Assembly (NCBI GenBank): GCA_964035545.1
Contig: OZ037765.1
Coordinates: 3,534,001 to 3,598,000, forward strand
Source: Bugula neritina
Taxonomy: Eukaryota; Animalia; Bryozoa
Direction: 5' to 3'
Length of the DNA: 64,000 nucleotides
Shown: piece by piece, positions 24,701 to 37,260 of the stretch
Layout: each line of letters begins with the position of its first letter
Numbering within the stretch: the first letter of the stretch is position 1
Translations under genes and position numbers: made by a program
The notes under the pieces: generated by a model
What the model saw: only the letters and a program-made list of their open reading frames with translations
Databases searched by the model: none
Told to the model about the DNA's origin: nothing

Positions 24701-27700
24701 TAATCTCAATAATATTGTTGGTGCAAGTTGAGAGAGCCAGAAAGCAGTACCTTCGATTAGACCTTGAATGGGGCAAGGGAAATGATGGTGGAGATATTTG
24801 AGGAAGATTTTCTGTAAACTTCATCTCTTTGAGAGAGGTTTTAGGAGAGACGTGGGGGTGGATTTGGATGGGTTGGGAGATGGAGGGAGTGGTTATCATC
24901 TTTTCTGGTTCCTGTCTTGTCTGCTGGCTGAACTGGGAACTAAGGACAGCAAGACACTGTGTATTAGTCAGAACAAACCTACTACATATTCTACAATACT
25001 GGTGGAGGTCTAAATATAACGCATATGTAATGCCTTGTGTCACATTTCCAGTTTTTTGTTTAGTTTTTTTGCCTTTTAATGGCTCTAAGCAAGGAAATCA
25101 GTGTTCTAGAAGACAACTCCCATTGTATGAATATTATGTTTTATAGGAGTCATTGCACACATCTCTAGTCACCCATGCCTGAACCTATGAACATTTTCTT
25201 ACCCCTAACCATAAACTTCCTTATAGTATTCTAGTCATAAGATTTTATACTTCATCAGTTCATAATTGAAACTCATTTCCCTAACAATTATCACACACAA
25301 AACTTCAAGCAGAAAATATATATATAATATTTTTATCCTCATAATATGTGAAACATATGCAATCTTCCCTTTTCTATTATATTTAGTTCAACTGTATTAT
25401 ACAGTACAGTATTACGATGGGCCTTTAAAAATATCCCTTTCCCTTGGAAATTCCTGCTGCAATAGCATGACATTTATTCCATGGCTTGTAAACAAAAACT
25501 ATGACTCATAAACCTATCTTCAGCAAACATTGAGTATTAACATAAAAAAGATGGTTTACCAAAAACTTAATATTTCTAACTTTTAATAAAATTTGAGTGT
25601 TTTACAAACTGCTTCCGTTAGCTAAGATATCAGGTTATGGGTGAATATACTGATTAGATAATATAAAGGAGGTCGCCTAGAGCAAAAGACACCCAAATAA
25701 CTGAGCCATATTTAACAAATTCTTTAAGGAAGTACAGCTAAATGAAAATCAATCATAAAAAGAGCAAATGTTTAAGATGGGAATCAATAGATAATTTCCA
25801 TAAATAAACCAAGTAACTTTTTAAACTGGAAGATGAAAAGAGAAGAAACTTTATTGAACAAGTGGACTAAATGAAAAATACGGCTGCTGCATGTTTCCCA
25901 GGAGGAAGGAAATGAAGTCTGCTGCAACTAGTACTTAATACTAACAAACTATTTGCTCTGGTAATACTGAATCAAAACAAAATCTCAACATATTTAACAA
26001 ATTCTTTAAGGAAGTACAGCTAAATGAAAATCAATCATAAAAAGAGCAAATGTTTAAGATGGGAATCAATAGATAATTTCCATAAATAAACCAAGTAACT
26101 TTTTAAACTGGAAGATGAAAAGAGAAGAAACTTTATTGAACAAGTGGACTAAATGAAAAATACGGCTGCTGCATGTTTCCCAGGAGGAAGGAAATGAAGT
26201 CTGCTGCAACTAGTACTTAATACTAACAAACTATTTGCTCTGGTAATACTGAATCAAAACAAAATCTCAGCATATACTTTATCTAATGGCTAACAGTTAT
26301 CTAAACATTTCATAATAATATGCTGGCCAGTGTGTAGCTCAGTTCAGTAATAAGAATATTGATTTATGAGAGAAGAGTTTACCAGAGGACATCACAAGAC
26401 AACTTCAGAATGTGAGCTAAAACCATGGCAAGGCTTAGTAGTACAAGACTGTCGCAATGCACTGTCACATGCTAGTCACATGACATTTTCACAGCTACAC
26501 AGTACATTATATTGCATGCAGTTTTGTATCTTCTAAAGTTGCAAAGTGTTGAAAATTTGCTGTTCTATGAAGTCAGTGAGAGTTTTTGACTGTGACATTT
26601 TATTGGCAGAGTGAATTTACTGTAATTTGAGGTGGATATATAGTGAGAAAAAACCCAGCCCTGTTCATAGTGAAATAATATATGTAATACTTTTACGCTG
26701 TATAGTGTACCTTTAGCTTCAACAGACAAGTTGTGCCTAGCTCTCAAATACAGTCACTTGGCAAAAATATGTGTTAGCTGACAGGTTATGTTATATAGCA
26801 AACGAAGTAAATTTTTAAAATATTTTCTTTTCTCTAATGATGTTAGATACAATTACTTGCAGTTAATTTCTGCTCCCTTAACACAAAAAGTTCATTTGTT
26901 TTTAGAGGTTTATTTCATGTTTATGTACTTTTAAATTGTTTGTAGCCTTGCTGGTGTGGGTAGTTGCCATGTAGAGATGTATTTGTAAGCACAATAAAAT
27001 AAGCACCAATGAGGATTACCTGCCCACTTCAATATATATAGAGTATGACTGCACATATTCATCAAGGTGATGAGATGAAATGTAGAAAAGTCATTGCGTC
27101 TGGAATGCTGGAGTAGGAGAAAGAAAACTGAATGATGAGTTACTGGAAAGTTGCTAATTCAAACAGCTTCCAACTTTCCATGAGTTGAGTGAAAATCCCC
27201 CCTCCCAACAGCCAACCACTATATCACAGTTGGAACTCTTTCCATTAACTGAGACAACAGACTGAAATTGTTAGAAGCAGCACCAAGTTGGTGAGCATCG
27301 AGTACAGCAGTTTGTGGTCTCCAGTTTAGAGTTGAGGGTTTGGGTTGGAACTCTGAACCCTACTCTATGCTTGAGACCCCAAACTACTGCACTCAATGCT
27401 CACCAACTCGGTGCTGCTTCTAAATATTTTCTAACAGACTGGTAGAGTGAGACAGTAAAACTAGCAGCTCTCTGTTATACTTGACTATTATAAGCAACTT
27501 GTGAATACTTCTAGAAAATTCTATTCCAAAACAAACAGGAGTGGCAGAAGCTAAGTTCAATGTTTCCTGACAGATCATTCTTTCCAAATGCTTGGCATAG
27601 CTAAATCACTGGCATAACTAACTATGAATTTGAATAACAATTAGAATATTCCATTTTGGCAAATGGTTTTAGTCCACAGAGCTTACATAGTCAAAGTCTA

Positions 27701-30700
27701 CTCCAATCAATTTTATTTTATTTTTTGTTTTTCCGACATTTTGGATAATAAAGACACTTTCTATCAGAAAATAGTGACCCACACTAGTGAACACACTGCC
27801 TGCTGTCAGGAAACGAATGTCTAGCAAAGCTGTCAGCGAGTCTCACCTGTTGCTGTCGGAGACGTTTGAAGAGGGCAGCTGGGTTGGACCACCAACATTG
27901 CTGATGTCCATGCCAAACTTCTCAAAAGTAAAGTTTGCATTCGTCACTTGTCCAGAGTTGGCGTCTGCATTGAACAGCTTCTCGTAGTTGACTGATGACT
28001 CATCGCTGTGAGAGCCGACACGACTCATCTTCCGAGGTGACTCGTCGTAATCCCGCTCGCTCTACAACCACCAACAAGACAGCTAGAGTCAGACTGCCAG
28101 CTCCACAGCAGGTCTGTGGCCATGAGGAAGCTAGCTAGACATGAATACGTTACCCAGAGGCCGTGACCTCTCAACAACTTACAATAAACATCTGATCATC
28201 CTTTATATTAATCCTCTGCGAAGGCTCGAGCAAAGCTGAAATGGTAACGGCATCAAAGTCGGCCGCCATCACCGGTCTGGATGGTGAACTTACAAATGCT
28301 ATATCGTCGCCCAACATAGACAAGTCATTCTGCAGTGCAAGGGTGTCTAAAATTTATTTAGCAAACAAAATAACGAGTGGCACCTATTTTCTTTCTCAAT
28401 TTCTGGTAGTCGTGTTGTTGACAGTAGACAGGCATGTAGAACTAGACTCTAGAGCCTTGTGGCTAGAAAACATGGGTCTACATATTTCAACAGTTAATCA
28501 TGTTGTTTTCAAACAGAGGCTATCAAAATAACTTTGTTTTGAAGGATAGAGAGTTGCAGTAGAGCTAAAGTGATGGGATACCATGGCAATGGAACTGGCT
28601 GAGATGTGTAACAACTGAATAACCAGAAAGTAACACCACTTTACTTTAATCCTCCCCCTTCCCCTACGTTCCTTTCTAGCCTACATGCCTGAACACCCCC
28701 TCCGCTGAGTGCAGACAGAGACACCAACAAGACGACTGGTTTGGGCTGTGTATGTCAAGGACAAAGAGAAATATACTCACCAGCATCCATCTCCGTGAAT
28801 GCCATGACACTGGCGTCATCGATCAGGTCTGGAGGATTGTTCCTGTAGTTCGAGGAAGCCGGGATGGTGTTGGTTGGTCGGTACTGCGCTGCCGTCACAC
28901 TCGCTTCGGTCACTCGGATAAAGTTCTGCTGAAAGTGAGGCTGACTGGCTTGTATATCGTGGCCGAGGTTGGAGAGCTGACCGGGGCTATAGTGATGGAC
29001 TAGCGGCAGCGAAGACGTGGTAATGAGAGACTGGGTGGAGGTGGGAGCCTGGGAAGGCAGGTGTGGCTGCTCATCCATAGCGTGTATCTGCTGGAGGTGA
29101 CTAACCGGCTGCTCTTTGTTCGTCTGGTGATGAGACATGGTGTCCTGGTGAAGGGCGACATTGTGCTGAGTCACAGGCGAACCCGAGTGCTGCCCGTGCT
29201 GCTGCTGCCCGTGCTGCTGCTGTCCGTGTTGCTGCTGTCCGTGTTGCTGCTGTCCGTGTTGCTGCTGTCCGTGTTGCTGCTGTCCGTGTTGCTGCTGTCC
29301 GTGTTGCTGCTGTCCGTGTTGCTGCTGCCCGTGCTGCTCAAAGTGATTGTGTAACTGCTGACCTTCAAGATCCAGCCTCGGCATCGCTGCCTGCATGTTC
29401 AGCGAAGAACTCGGCAGCACCTGACTGTCCAACTGACGCTGAGAGTCAATTTGATGCGGCGAGACGGGAACCTGAGACTGAAACATATAGACGTTCTGCT
29501 GCTCCTGGTGCGGACTGTGCTGTTGGTGGGGACCCTGTAGCTGGAGAGGGGTCTGCTGAGAGTGGGGGCTGTGCAGTTGGCCGGAGGTTTCCGGTTGCTG
29601 ACGGAATAGCGGCTGCAGCTGGATGTCATGACGGATACTGGAACCCTGTGGAATGCTGTGGTTGTGTTGGAAGTGTGGGTGGATGCCAGACTCCCCCTGC
29701 TGCTCCTCGCCCAAGATCTGGCAAATCTGCTCCAGCGAGGAGGCATCAGCTGCCTGTACATCTACTTTCCTCATGCCTCTCGCTGAATCCAGTAACTTCA
29801 TGTCTGAAAAAATAACAAATTTATATAACTAGCTTGTATTACAGAGACTACTAGCTTGTATTACACAGACTACTAACTTGTATTATAGAGACTACTAACT
29901 TGTATTACACAGACTACTAGCTTGTATTATAGAGACTACTAACTTGTATTACAGAGACTACTAGCTTGTATTACAGAGACTACTAACTTGTATTACAGAG
30001 ACTACTAACTTGTATTACAGAGACTACTAGCTTGTATTACACAGACTACTAACTTGTATTACAGAGACTACTAACTTGTATTATAGAGACTACTAACTTG
30101 TATTATAGAGACTACTAGCTTGTATTACAGAGACTACTAACTTGTATTACACAGACTACTAGCTTGTATTACAGAGACTACTAGCTTGTATTACAGAGAC
30201 TATTAGCTTGTATTACACAGACTACTAGCTTGTATTACAGAGACTACTAGCTTGTATTACACAGACTACTAACTTGTATTACAGAGACTACTAGCTTGTA
30301 TTACAGAGACTACTAGCTTGTATTACACAGACTACTAACTTGTATTACAGAGACTACCAGCTTGTATTACAGAGACTACTAACTTGTATTACAGAGACTA
30401 CTAACTTGTATTACACAGACTACTAGCTTGTATTACAGAGACTACTAGCTTGTATTACAGAGACTACTAACTTGTATTATAGAGACTACTAACTTGTATT
30501 ACAGAGACTACTAGCTTGTATTACAGAGACTACTAGCTTGTATTACAGAGACTACTAGCTTGTATTACACAGACTACTAACTTGTATTACAGAGACTACC
30601 AGCTTGTATTACAGAGACTACTAACTTGTATTACAGAGACTACTAACTTGTATTACAGAGACTACTAGCTTGTATTATAGAGACTACTAGCTTGTATTAC

Positions 30701-33369
30701 AGAGACTACTAGCTTGTATTATAGAGACTACTAGCTTGTATTACAGAGACTACTAACTTGTATTACAGAGACTACTAACTTGTATTACAGAGACTACTAA
30801 CTTGTATTACAGAGACTACTAGCTTGTATTACAGAGACTACTAACTTGTATTACAGAGACTACTAGCTTGTATTACAGAGACTACTAACTTGTATTATAG
30901 AGACTACTAACTTGTATTACAGAGACTACTAGCTTGTATTACACAGACTACTAACTTGTATTACAGAGACTACTAACTTGTATTATAGAGACTACTAACT
31001 TGTATTACAGAGACTACTAGCTTGTATTACACAGACTACTAACTTGTATTACAGAGACTACCAGCTTGTATCACAGAGAATACTAGCTTGTATTACAGAG
31101 ACTACTAACTTGTATTACACAGACTACTAACTTGTATTACAGAGACTACTAACTTGTATTACAGAGACTACTAGCTTGTATTACAGAGACTACTAACTTG
31201 TATTACAGAGACTACTAACTTGTATTACACAGACTACTAACTTGTATTATAGAGACTACTAGCTTGTATTACAGAGACTACTAACTTGTATTACACAGAC
31301 TACTAGCTTGTATTACAGAGACTACTAGCTTGTATTACAGAGACTATTAGCTTGTATTACACAGACTACTAGCTTGTATTACAGAGACTAAAACCAGCTC
31401 AAACCAGCTTCCAACTGACATGTCAATAACAACTTTGGAACCAAAAGACAAACAATGCCAAGAACCATGTATTGCATAATACTGGCATAGTGTGTAGAAT
31501 ATAACTGGGTGGTAGAACTCATAGCTAAACAGTGTGCAAGGTACTATAGAAGGTCAAGTTCCCATCTAGAACAAATACTCTAAAGTTTAGAATACAGACA
31601 AACTGCATCCATAGGTCAAGAGGTCAACAAATAGACAGCATAGTATAGCATAGTTTATTGTGGTACTTTAGCTCAAAGTATGACTGTATGATTACATTTA
31701 GGTAGTGTTTAAATACTCTCAAATACGGAGTTGTATCTGTACTAACAGAGTGGTATTTGATTGGCAACTAGTTATATTCTCATGAAATAATTTTGTACCC
31801 TGCAAAGGTTTTACCATAGACATGAAACAATAGAAAAACTACAAACCAGGATTACTCAACATAACACCAAATTCAAACAGGAAAACAGACAGCAAATGAG
31901 CATTATATACTCTACATAACAAATTAGTCACTGAGAGTCACTAAATAATAACAATAAACTTACAATGACAACAATAAAACTCACAATTGGTGGAGGAAAG
32001 GGTCTTTACCACTCAGCAACAAAGTTTACCCTATTCCATAATACATGTAGCCTAGTTGTTGGCATCTGCATGTCAAGAAAGTGCTGCTTGTTTACCCCCA
32101 GCTTGCTGCATTCTCTTATGAATACCCAGAGCTGAGTGTAATGACAAACCAAACCTACAGCTTTAAAGTCTTTTATTTCCTTTACGTAATACAAGATGGC
32201 ATCTGGTTACATAAACTCCATGGAGTTTGATTTTATAGATACTTTGTCTTCAATCAGCTCAGACAACTTCTATATCGCAGGAGAAGTTGGTTCAACTAAG
32301 CTGCTGGGTACACAGCATTGATACTAACTGCTACCTACATCTATGATATATGAATGTGACTAGACAGTCCTGTTTTAAAAGTGATGGTCAAAGGGGTCAC
32401 TTGTTAGAGCAGCTGTGATTGGACAAGCAAGGGAAATACAAGCTATGATTGGCTATAAGTTATATTTACTGGTAAAGGTTCTCCTACTATGACTCAATTT
32501 ACCAATAAAAGCAACTAACACAAAATCAATAATTGGAAACTTCCACAGTTCAAGGACTTGTTGAAAGTATAGGTAACAGCTACCTTAATGCTAAGTAAAC
32601 ATTGAAATTAACAAAAGCTGCATATTTGGATATTGTTTTAGGACTATGGCTTTCATTGTATTAGGTAATGTGTACAAGTGGATTTTAACACACTTTTGGA
32701 AACGTTCCAGGTTTATAAATTAATTCTGAAGCATTTCACAGCATTATAATACCAACACCTCAATGAAAATGCCAGTTATCCATCACCAACTTGTCTGGTA
32801 GCAGACAGTTTTATAAATACAAAAAACTAGCAAATCAATCAGCAAATGGTACTGTAGTTCAATCAGTTAAATGGATGATGGCTGGAAAAAATGCAGCATA
32901 AACACACTCTGCCAAGAAATGCAATCGCAGCAGTGGCAAAGCTATTTTGAAATATCTGCATATGAAATTTTGCTGCTAGGCCAGTAAACTGCATTACCTG
33001 AAGAGAATTAAAACTAACCAAATGTATGCCAATGGAATCAGTGATGTCAAAATTAGAGCCCTGGTAATGCAATGCATCATCAATAAAATCGGTTCACCTA
33101 ACTGGCAGCAATGCAAATTTTAAATTTCTACAAACCATGCAAAAATCAAAGGTAAAACCAACATTATTGCTAAAAATCAATATTAACATACACTCAGCCT
33201 CCACCATTTCATCCTCTATCTTCGTGTTCATATGTTGGTTCTCCGTTGGTCGCGAGGGGCAAAAGTTCTCCAAATGAACACCGTTAGTGACTGCCACTGA
33301 GGCAGCGGCTGAGGCAGCGGTTGGAGAGAGTGTTGTTGAAGACGTTGTGGGTTCATTAGACTGCTGCAT
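18795..33369 (-). CDS. NFAT5: Nuclear factor of activated T cells 5 (TonEBP)-like Rel-homology transcription factor, 12 coding exons, ~977 aa
   Basis: Coding exons 33369-33192, 29803-28781, 28346-28183, 28061-27847, 24939-24751, 24259-24079, 23458-23268, 20986-20814, 20388-20195, 19717-19591, 19257-19120, 18955-18795 (sum 2934 nt, phases consistent). RHD motifs QPESQHRARYMTEGSRGAVKD, VKPHGFYQACR and DCIGILKLRNTDVEKRIG..KKKST; IPT domain QPAGQPEV..GG..LFVIGKNF..VPPY. These match the NFAT5 rather than the NFATc signature. Confidence 0.92.
25707..26269. repeat. Perfect 282-bp tandem duplication in an NFAT5 intron
   Basis: CATATTTAACAAATTCTTTAAGG...CAAAATCTCA starts at 25707 and again at 25989. 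Confidence 0.92.
27271..27423. mobile_element. 153-bp foldback (MITE-like) element
   Basis: The left arm TTAGAAGCAGCACCAAGTTGGTGAGCATCGAGTACAGCAGTTTGTGGTCTC... is the near reverse complement of the right arm ...GAGACCCCAAACTACTGCACTCAATGCTCACCAACTCGGTGCTGCTTCTAA (~70-bp arms). Confidence 0.7.
29190..29337 (-). repeat. Coding 15-bp minisatellite encoding (HGQQQ)9-HGQH in NFAT5
   Basis: Ten CCGTG-containing units at 15-bp spacing within exon 29803-28781. Confidence 0.95.
29827..31390. repeat. 22-bp minisatellite, ~70 copies, in an NFAT5 intron
   Basis: Unit ACTACTA(A/G)CTTGTATTA(C/T)A(G/C)AG. Confidence 0.98.
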
Positions 33370-35972
33370 GATTGCTGTCGTTGGTCCATTGGTAAGTAAA
33401 CCAATAGCCTTTAACCGATACAGAAGGTATCAATGCTCTGGAACAAATAGTGAGTGACACTACTGACCAAGTATGAATATGTACTCATATACTTTCATGG
33501 CACGTGATTGCAGGTGCTCTGATGTCACTAATGAAGCAATTTAGTAGCTGTCTGAATAAAACACTACAAATGTTGGAAAAATTTAACAAATAAGAAGTAT
33601 CCATGTAGGTTTGAAGTTTACTCCGTGTTGGTTATACTTTATAATTGAGCGATTTCAGTTAGCACACAGTAGGTAGGCACTTGTAAATTCATGTAAAGCT
33701 TTTTCTCAAAATAAATTAAGTCTGTGTGATCAATCATAATTTTTACCAATAAGTAGTGTAGAAAATGAGACTGCACCATGACATAAAGTGTAATAACCTT
33801 CAGAACTAATGCAGTATGGGCATTTTACTGTGAACAAAGTCCACAATGATTTGGGGTTAATCCTATATCTCCCATCACTTGGGTTACCTCTGTGATGCTA
33901 TATTAGTACAGCAATTTCCACAGTTAACCAATAGTTAGTGGGAATTTCACTTTACAAATGCTGATTACTTGCTAAGTTGCTGTGTAGATAGAAACAGCTG
34001 TTGTAGGGTTATCACTGCATACACGCAACATAAATAGAACATGATAAGGCATGTTTGCTCTGTTAGCCCAAAATTTTGATGTCAAAAATTGGTTAACTTT
34101 AATTCAAGCTACTCGAACTAAATCAACCTAGCCACAATATTCCCCAAATTTTCAACTACAGTTTTTTCGTGTCATTTCAGATATTTCTCGCAACATTTAA
34201 CTTTCACCAAAGTTATTGCAGTAAAACTAAGTTTAGATTTTAGTGTATTGATATGTAAATCGGCACTTGTGATCTTGTAATCAGTATGATCTTGTGATCA
34301 GTACGATCTTGTAGCAGCATGGTTGCACAAATTCAACTGCAACATAGCTAATCCATAGGAAAAAATGAGTAAGTTTAAGTTTACCCATCTCTTAACAGAA
34401 ACTACTATGATTCCTATGTCAACATCTGTTTATATTGAATTTAGTATTTTAATTATAAATATCACTATTAGAATTTATGTTGACATTTGTAGACTGTACT
34501 TATCTCCATTATGTCATATTAAGCTTGTGCTTACTTTCAGCATTCCAGTTTTGTCAAATATTTTATAAGTAGGTACCAAAGTATTCAGCAGCACTCAAAC
34601 TGAAATCATTGATCCACCTAAGAACTAGAAAGCTACAAAGCTACTCTCTAAAAAAGTTGCAAGTTAAAATTAAAGTTACAGAAAATAAATACTACAGACT
34701 GGACTAGCATAATGTTAAAAATGTTCTACTTTTAGTTCAACTGTGACTTCAAGTTAGTTTTACTTTTACTTTAAGCGTAGTTAATTTCACAGCTAAACTT
34801 AAATTTAATAATTATGAAGTTGAACAACATAATCATCAAGTATGATTATCATTATGAATCGCTACGTATTAAATTAAAGAATAATTTCCACTTTCTAATA
34901 GTGATACTATAACTATTATCATTATGACTAATGAGCGTATTCATATCATTTTAACAATTATTGTAAGTATCAGTATCAATATGAATCTCAATACAAAAAC
35001 ATTAACACGACATACTTATAGTTATACTCAGGCCGAGACTGTCACTCATTAATGTGAGTCACTCTGAAATGTCAAATTCACACTGACAATAATTATGGTA
35101 ATATTAAGTAATTAACACTGACAATGCGCACCAGTACTCATAGTCTCAATTTGAGTATCAGAATGAGAAGTATTACTATTTAGATTATCAGAGTGAGTGT
35201 TACACGTACTCTTAGAGTGCTACCATAAGAATAAGAATTCAAAACAATTACAATGTCATTATTATTATATTCAACCAATCGGTATGAGTATCACTAAAAG
35301 CAAATCTAATAACATTGAGTTTTACTAAAACAAAAAGAAAAATAAGTATAATTATAGCTATTAGTATTACCAATGCAGATACCATAACTCCATAATCATT
35401 ATTATTAACTTTAAATGATGATAATAATGATAATCTGATTATGATAGTTTTAATTATACGAAAATACAACTTAAAGTTAAATTTAATAATTACTATATTA
35501 ATATTTATTGTGATCATGATTATCATTATCATTATCAAATACGATTATTATTAGTCTTACTATTACTATTAGTATTAGTATTACTATTACTCAGTATTAG
35601 TATTAGTATGAGTATTACTATTACAGTAATACTATTAGTATTACTATTACTATTAGTATTACATTTACTGTGTATAAATTAATCTATAAGTATAACTAAT
35701 ACAGTAATACTAATAGTAATACTAATAGTAATAGTAAATGTAATACTAATAGTAATACTATAAGTATAACTATAAGTATAACTATAAGTATCACTTATTT
35801 ACTATTAGTATTACTATAAGTATCAGTTATACTGTAAGACTAAGTGTATAACTATAAGTAACTACACGTTATCCATAAATGAAATAATCACTAAAGCTAC
35901 TAACTGCAACACCAAATTAATGTTTTAGTTTAGTCATCACAACACATATTATATCGACTTGCTTTCACTCAC

Positions 35973-36100
35973 CTGTTAGCCAAACTGATAAATTTGTGTC
36001 GCTTTAGCTGTGAACGACGTCTCATATAAAATCGCTAATAAAACGACCGGTTTCGATATTTAACTGACAACAATCTAGATAAACACAACTTATCCTTTTA
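35973..36100 (-). other. Probable non-coding first exon of NFAT5
   Basis: Minus-strand donor AACAG|GTGAGT at 35973, CpG-containing sequence upstream and a CCAAT box near 36155; the next acceptor is at 33438. The upstream boundary is a guess. Confidence 0.45.
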
Positions 36101-37260
36101 CAGTGTCGTTATTTCTTAGATTATGCTTGTTGCCATTGGTGGTACTGGCTAACTGATTGGGCTATGCAGATATCACATGAGACTGTAACTCCCATCTTTG
36201 ACTTTCTATATAATTCTTATAATTTATTATATAATTGTGTCTCGTTTATCTGAATTCTAAAATAATGTTCTAATGCATCTATGCCATTGCATAGTCCCGA
36301 ACTGTATTTTCACAATTAAGAACTCACCCCAAAAACTATGTTGTGAATTGTGATCATACCATATAAGAATATTAAAGTCTGAAACTTTCACATAAATCTT
36401 TTTTGGTGATAAGCTATGTATACAGACAGCGTAATTACAATATTTTATCATAAAATCTTTATTTTATAAAGGCAATCGTTTTTTATCCTAATTTGAGTTG
36501 CTACTTGAAATGCCTGTTCATTAGAAATGTAACTAAATAGAAACTTGGAATTGCAAACAGTCCTACAGTAAGAGTAGAAACTTGTAAAGTTATATATCAC
36601 AATATCGACACACCCTAATTCATGTGATCAAAATATTACAGTACATCTTCAATATTTGAAAGCTTTATAAAACAGTATTTTGTGTTTTTACACTCATGAG
36701 AAGAATATTATTGTTTGGAAACAAATTCTTAGAACCAATTCAATTAGTTATATATATCTATAATAAAACTATTTGTGGTAAAAGCTAGGTCTTCATACAT
36801 GTGTATATACACTTTGAAACCTTCTTTTTCCGTGTACTGACAAAACTAAAAACATATCTGCCATTGTATGTTTTTGAGTGAATGTAAGTGGAGGCTATAC
36901 AATATGTGACAGAACTGCACATGCATGTAGTTCTGTTTCATGCATATGATAAAATTGCATAGTCATGCAATGGTACATTCAAAGGGATGAAATTCTTTTA
37001 AGAATTATCTGCAGCCAGTAAAATAGAATGTTAAACTTTTAAAAATTAGAGGTGGTATATCTGCATAAGCTGTAATTATATTCTATAGCAATAAAATACT
37101 TATATGAACATTTTAGTTTCAATTGGTAATAATTATTATTACCAATGAAGTGTTTTGCTTCTTTCTGGTTTTTATGTATGGGTTGTGCAACTATAAAAGC
37201 AGTGACACTAATAGTAACAGTAACAGTAACAGTGACACCAACAGTAACAGTTACTGTAGC

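Noticed and set aside
24751-28346. Calcineurin-docking PxIxIT and NFATc-type SP motifs in NFAT5 (PSISQPIQIH, QRINIK, VSPKTS)
   Set aside because: Spacing does not fit PxIxIT, and the SP dipeptides are not arranged as SPxxSPxxSP repeats.
28241-29761. Antisense or alternative-frame ORFs overlapping NFAT5 exons (similar cases in ESRP and the Roc-COR exon)
   Set aside because: Shadow ORFs of GC-richer coding or repeat sequence with no independent motifs or splice signals.
29827-31390. CRISPR-like array
   Set aside because: Head-to-tail repeats with no unique spacers, no cas genes and a eukaryotic intron context. The same applies to the 24-, 27- and 27/37-bp arrays.
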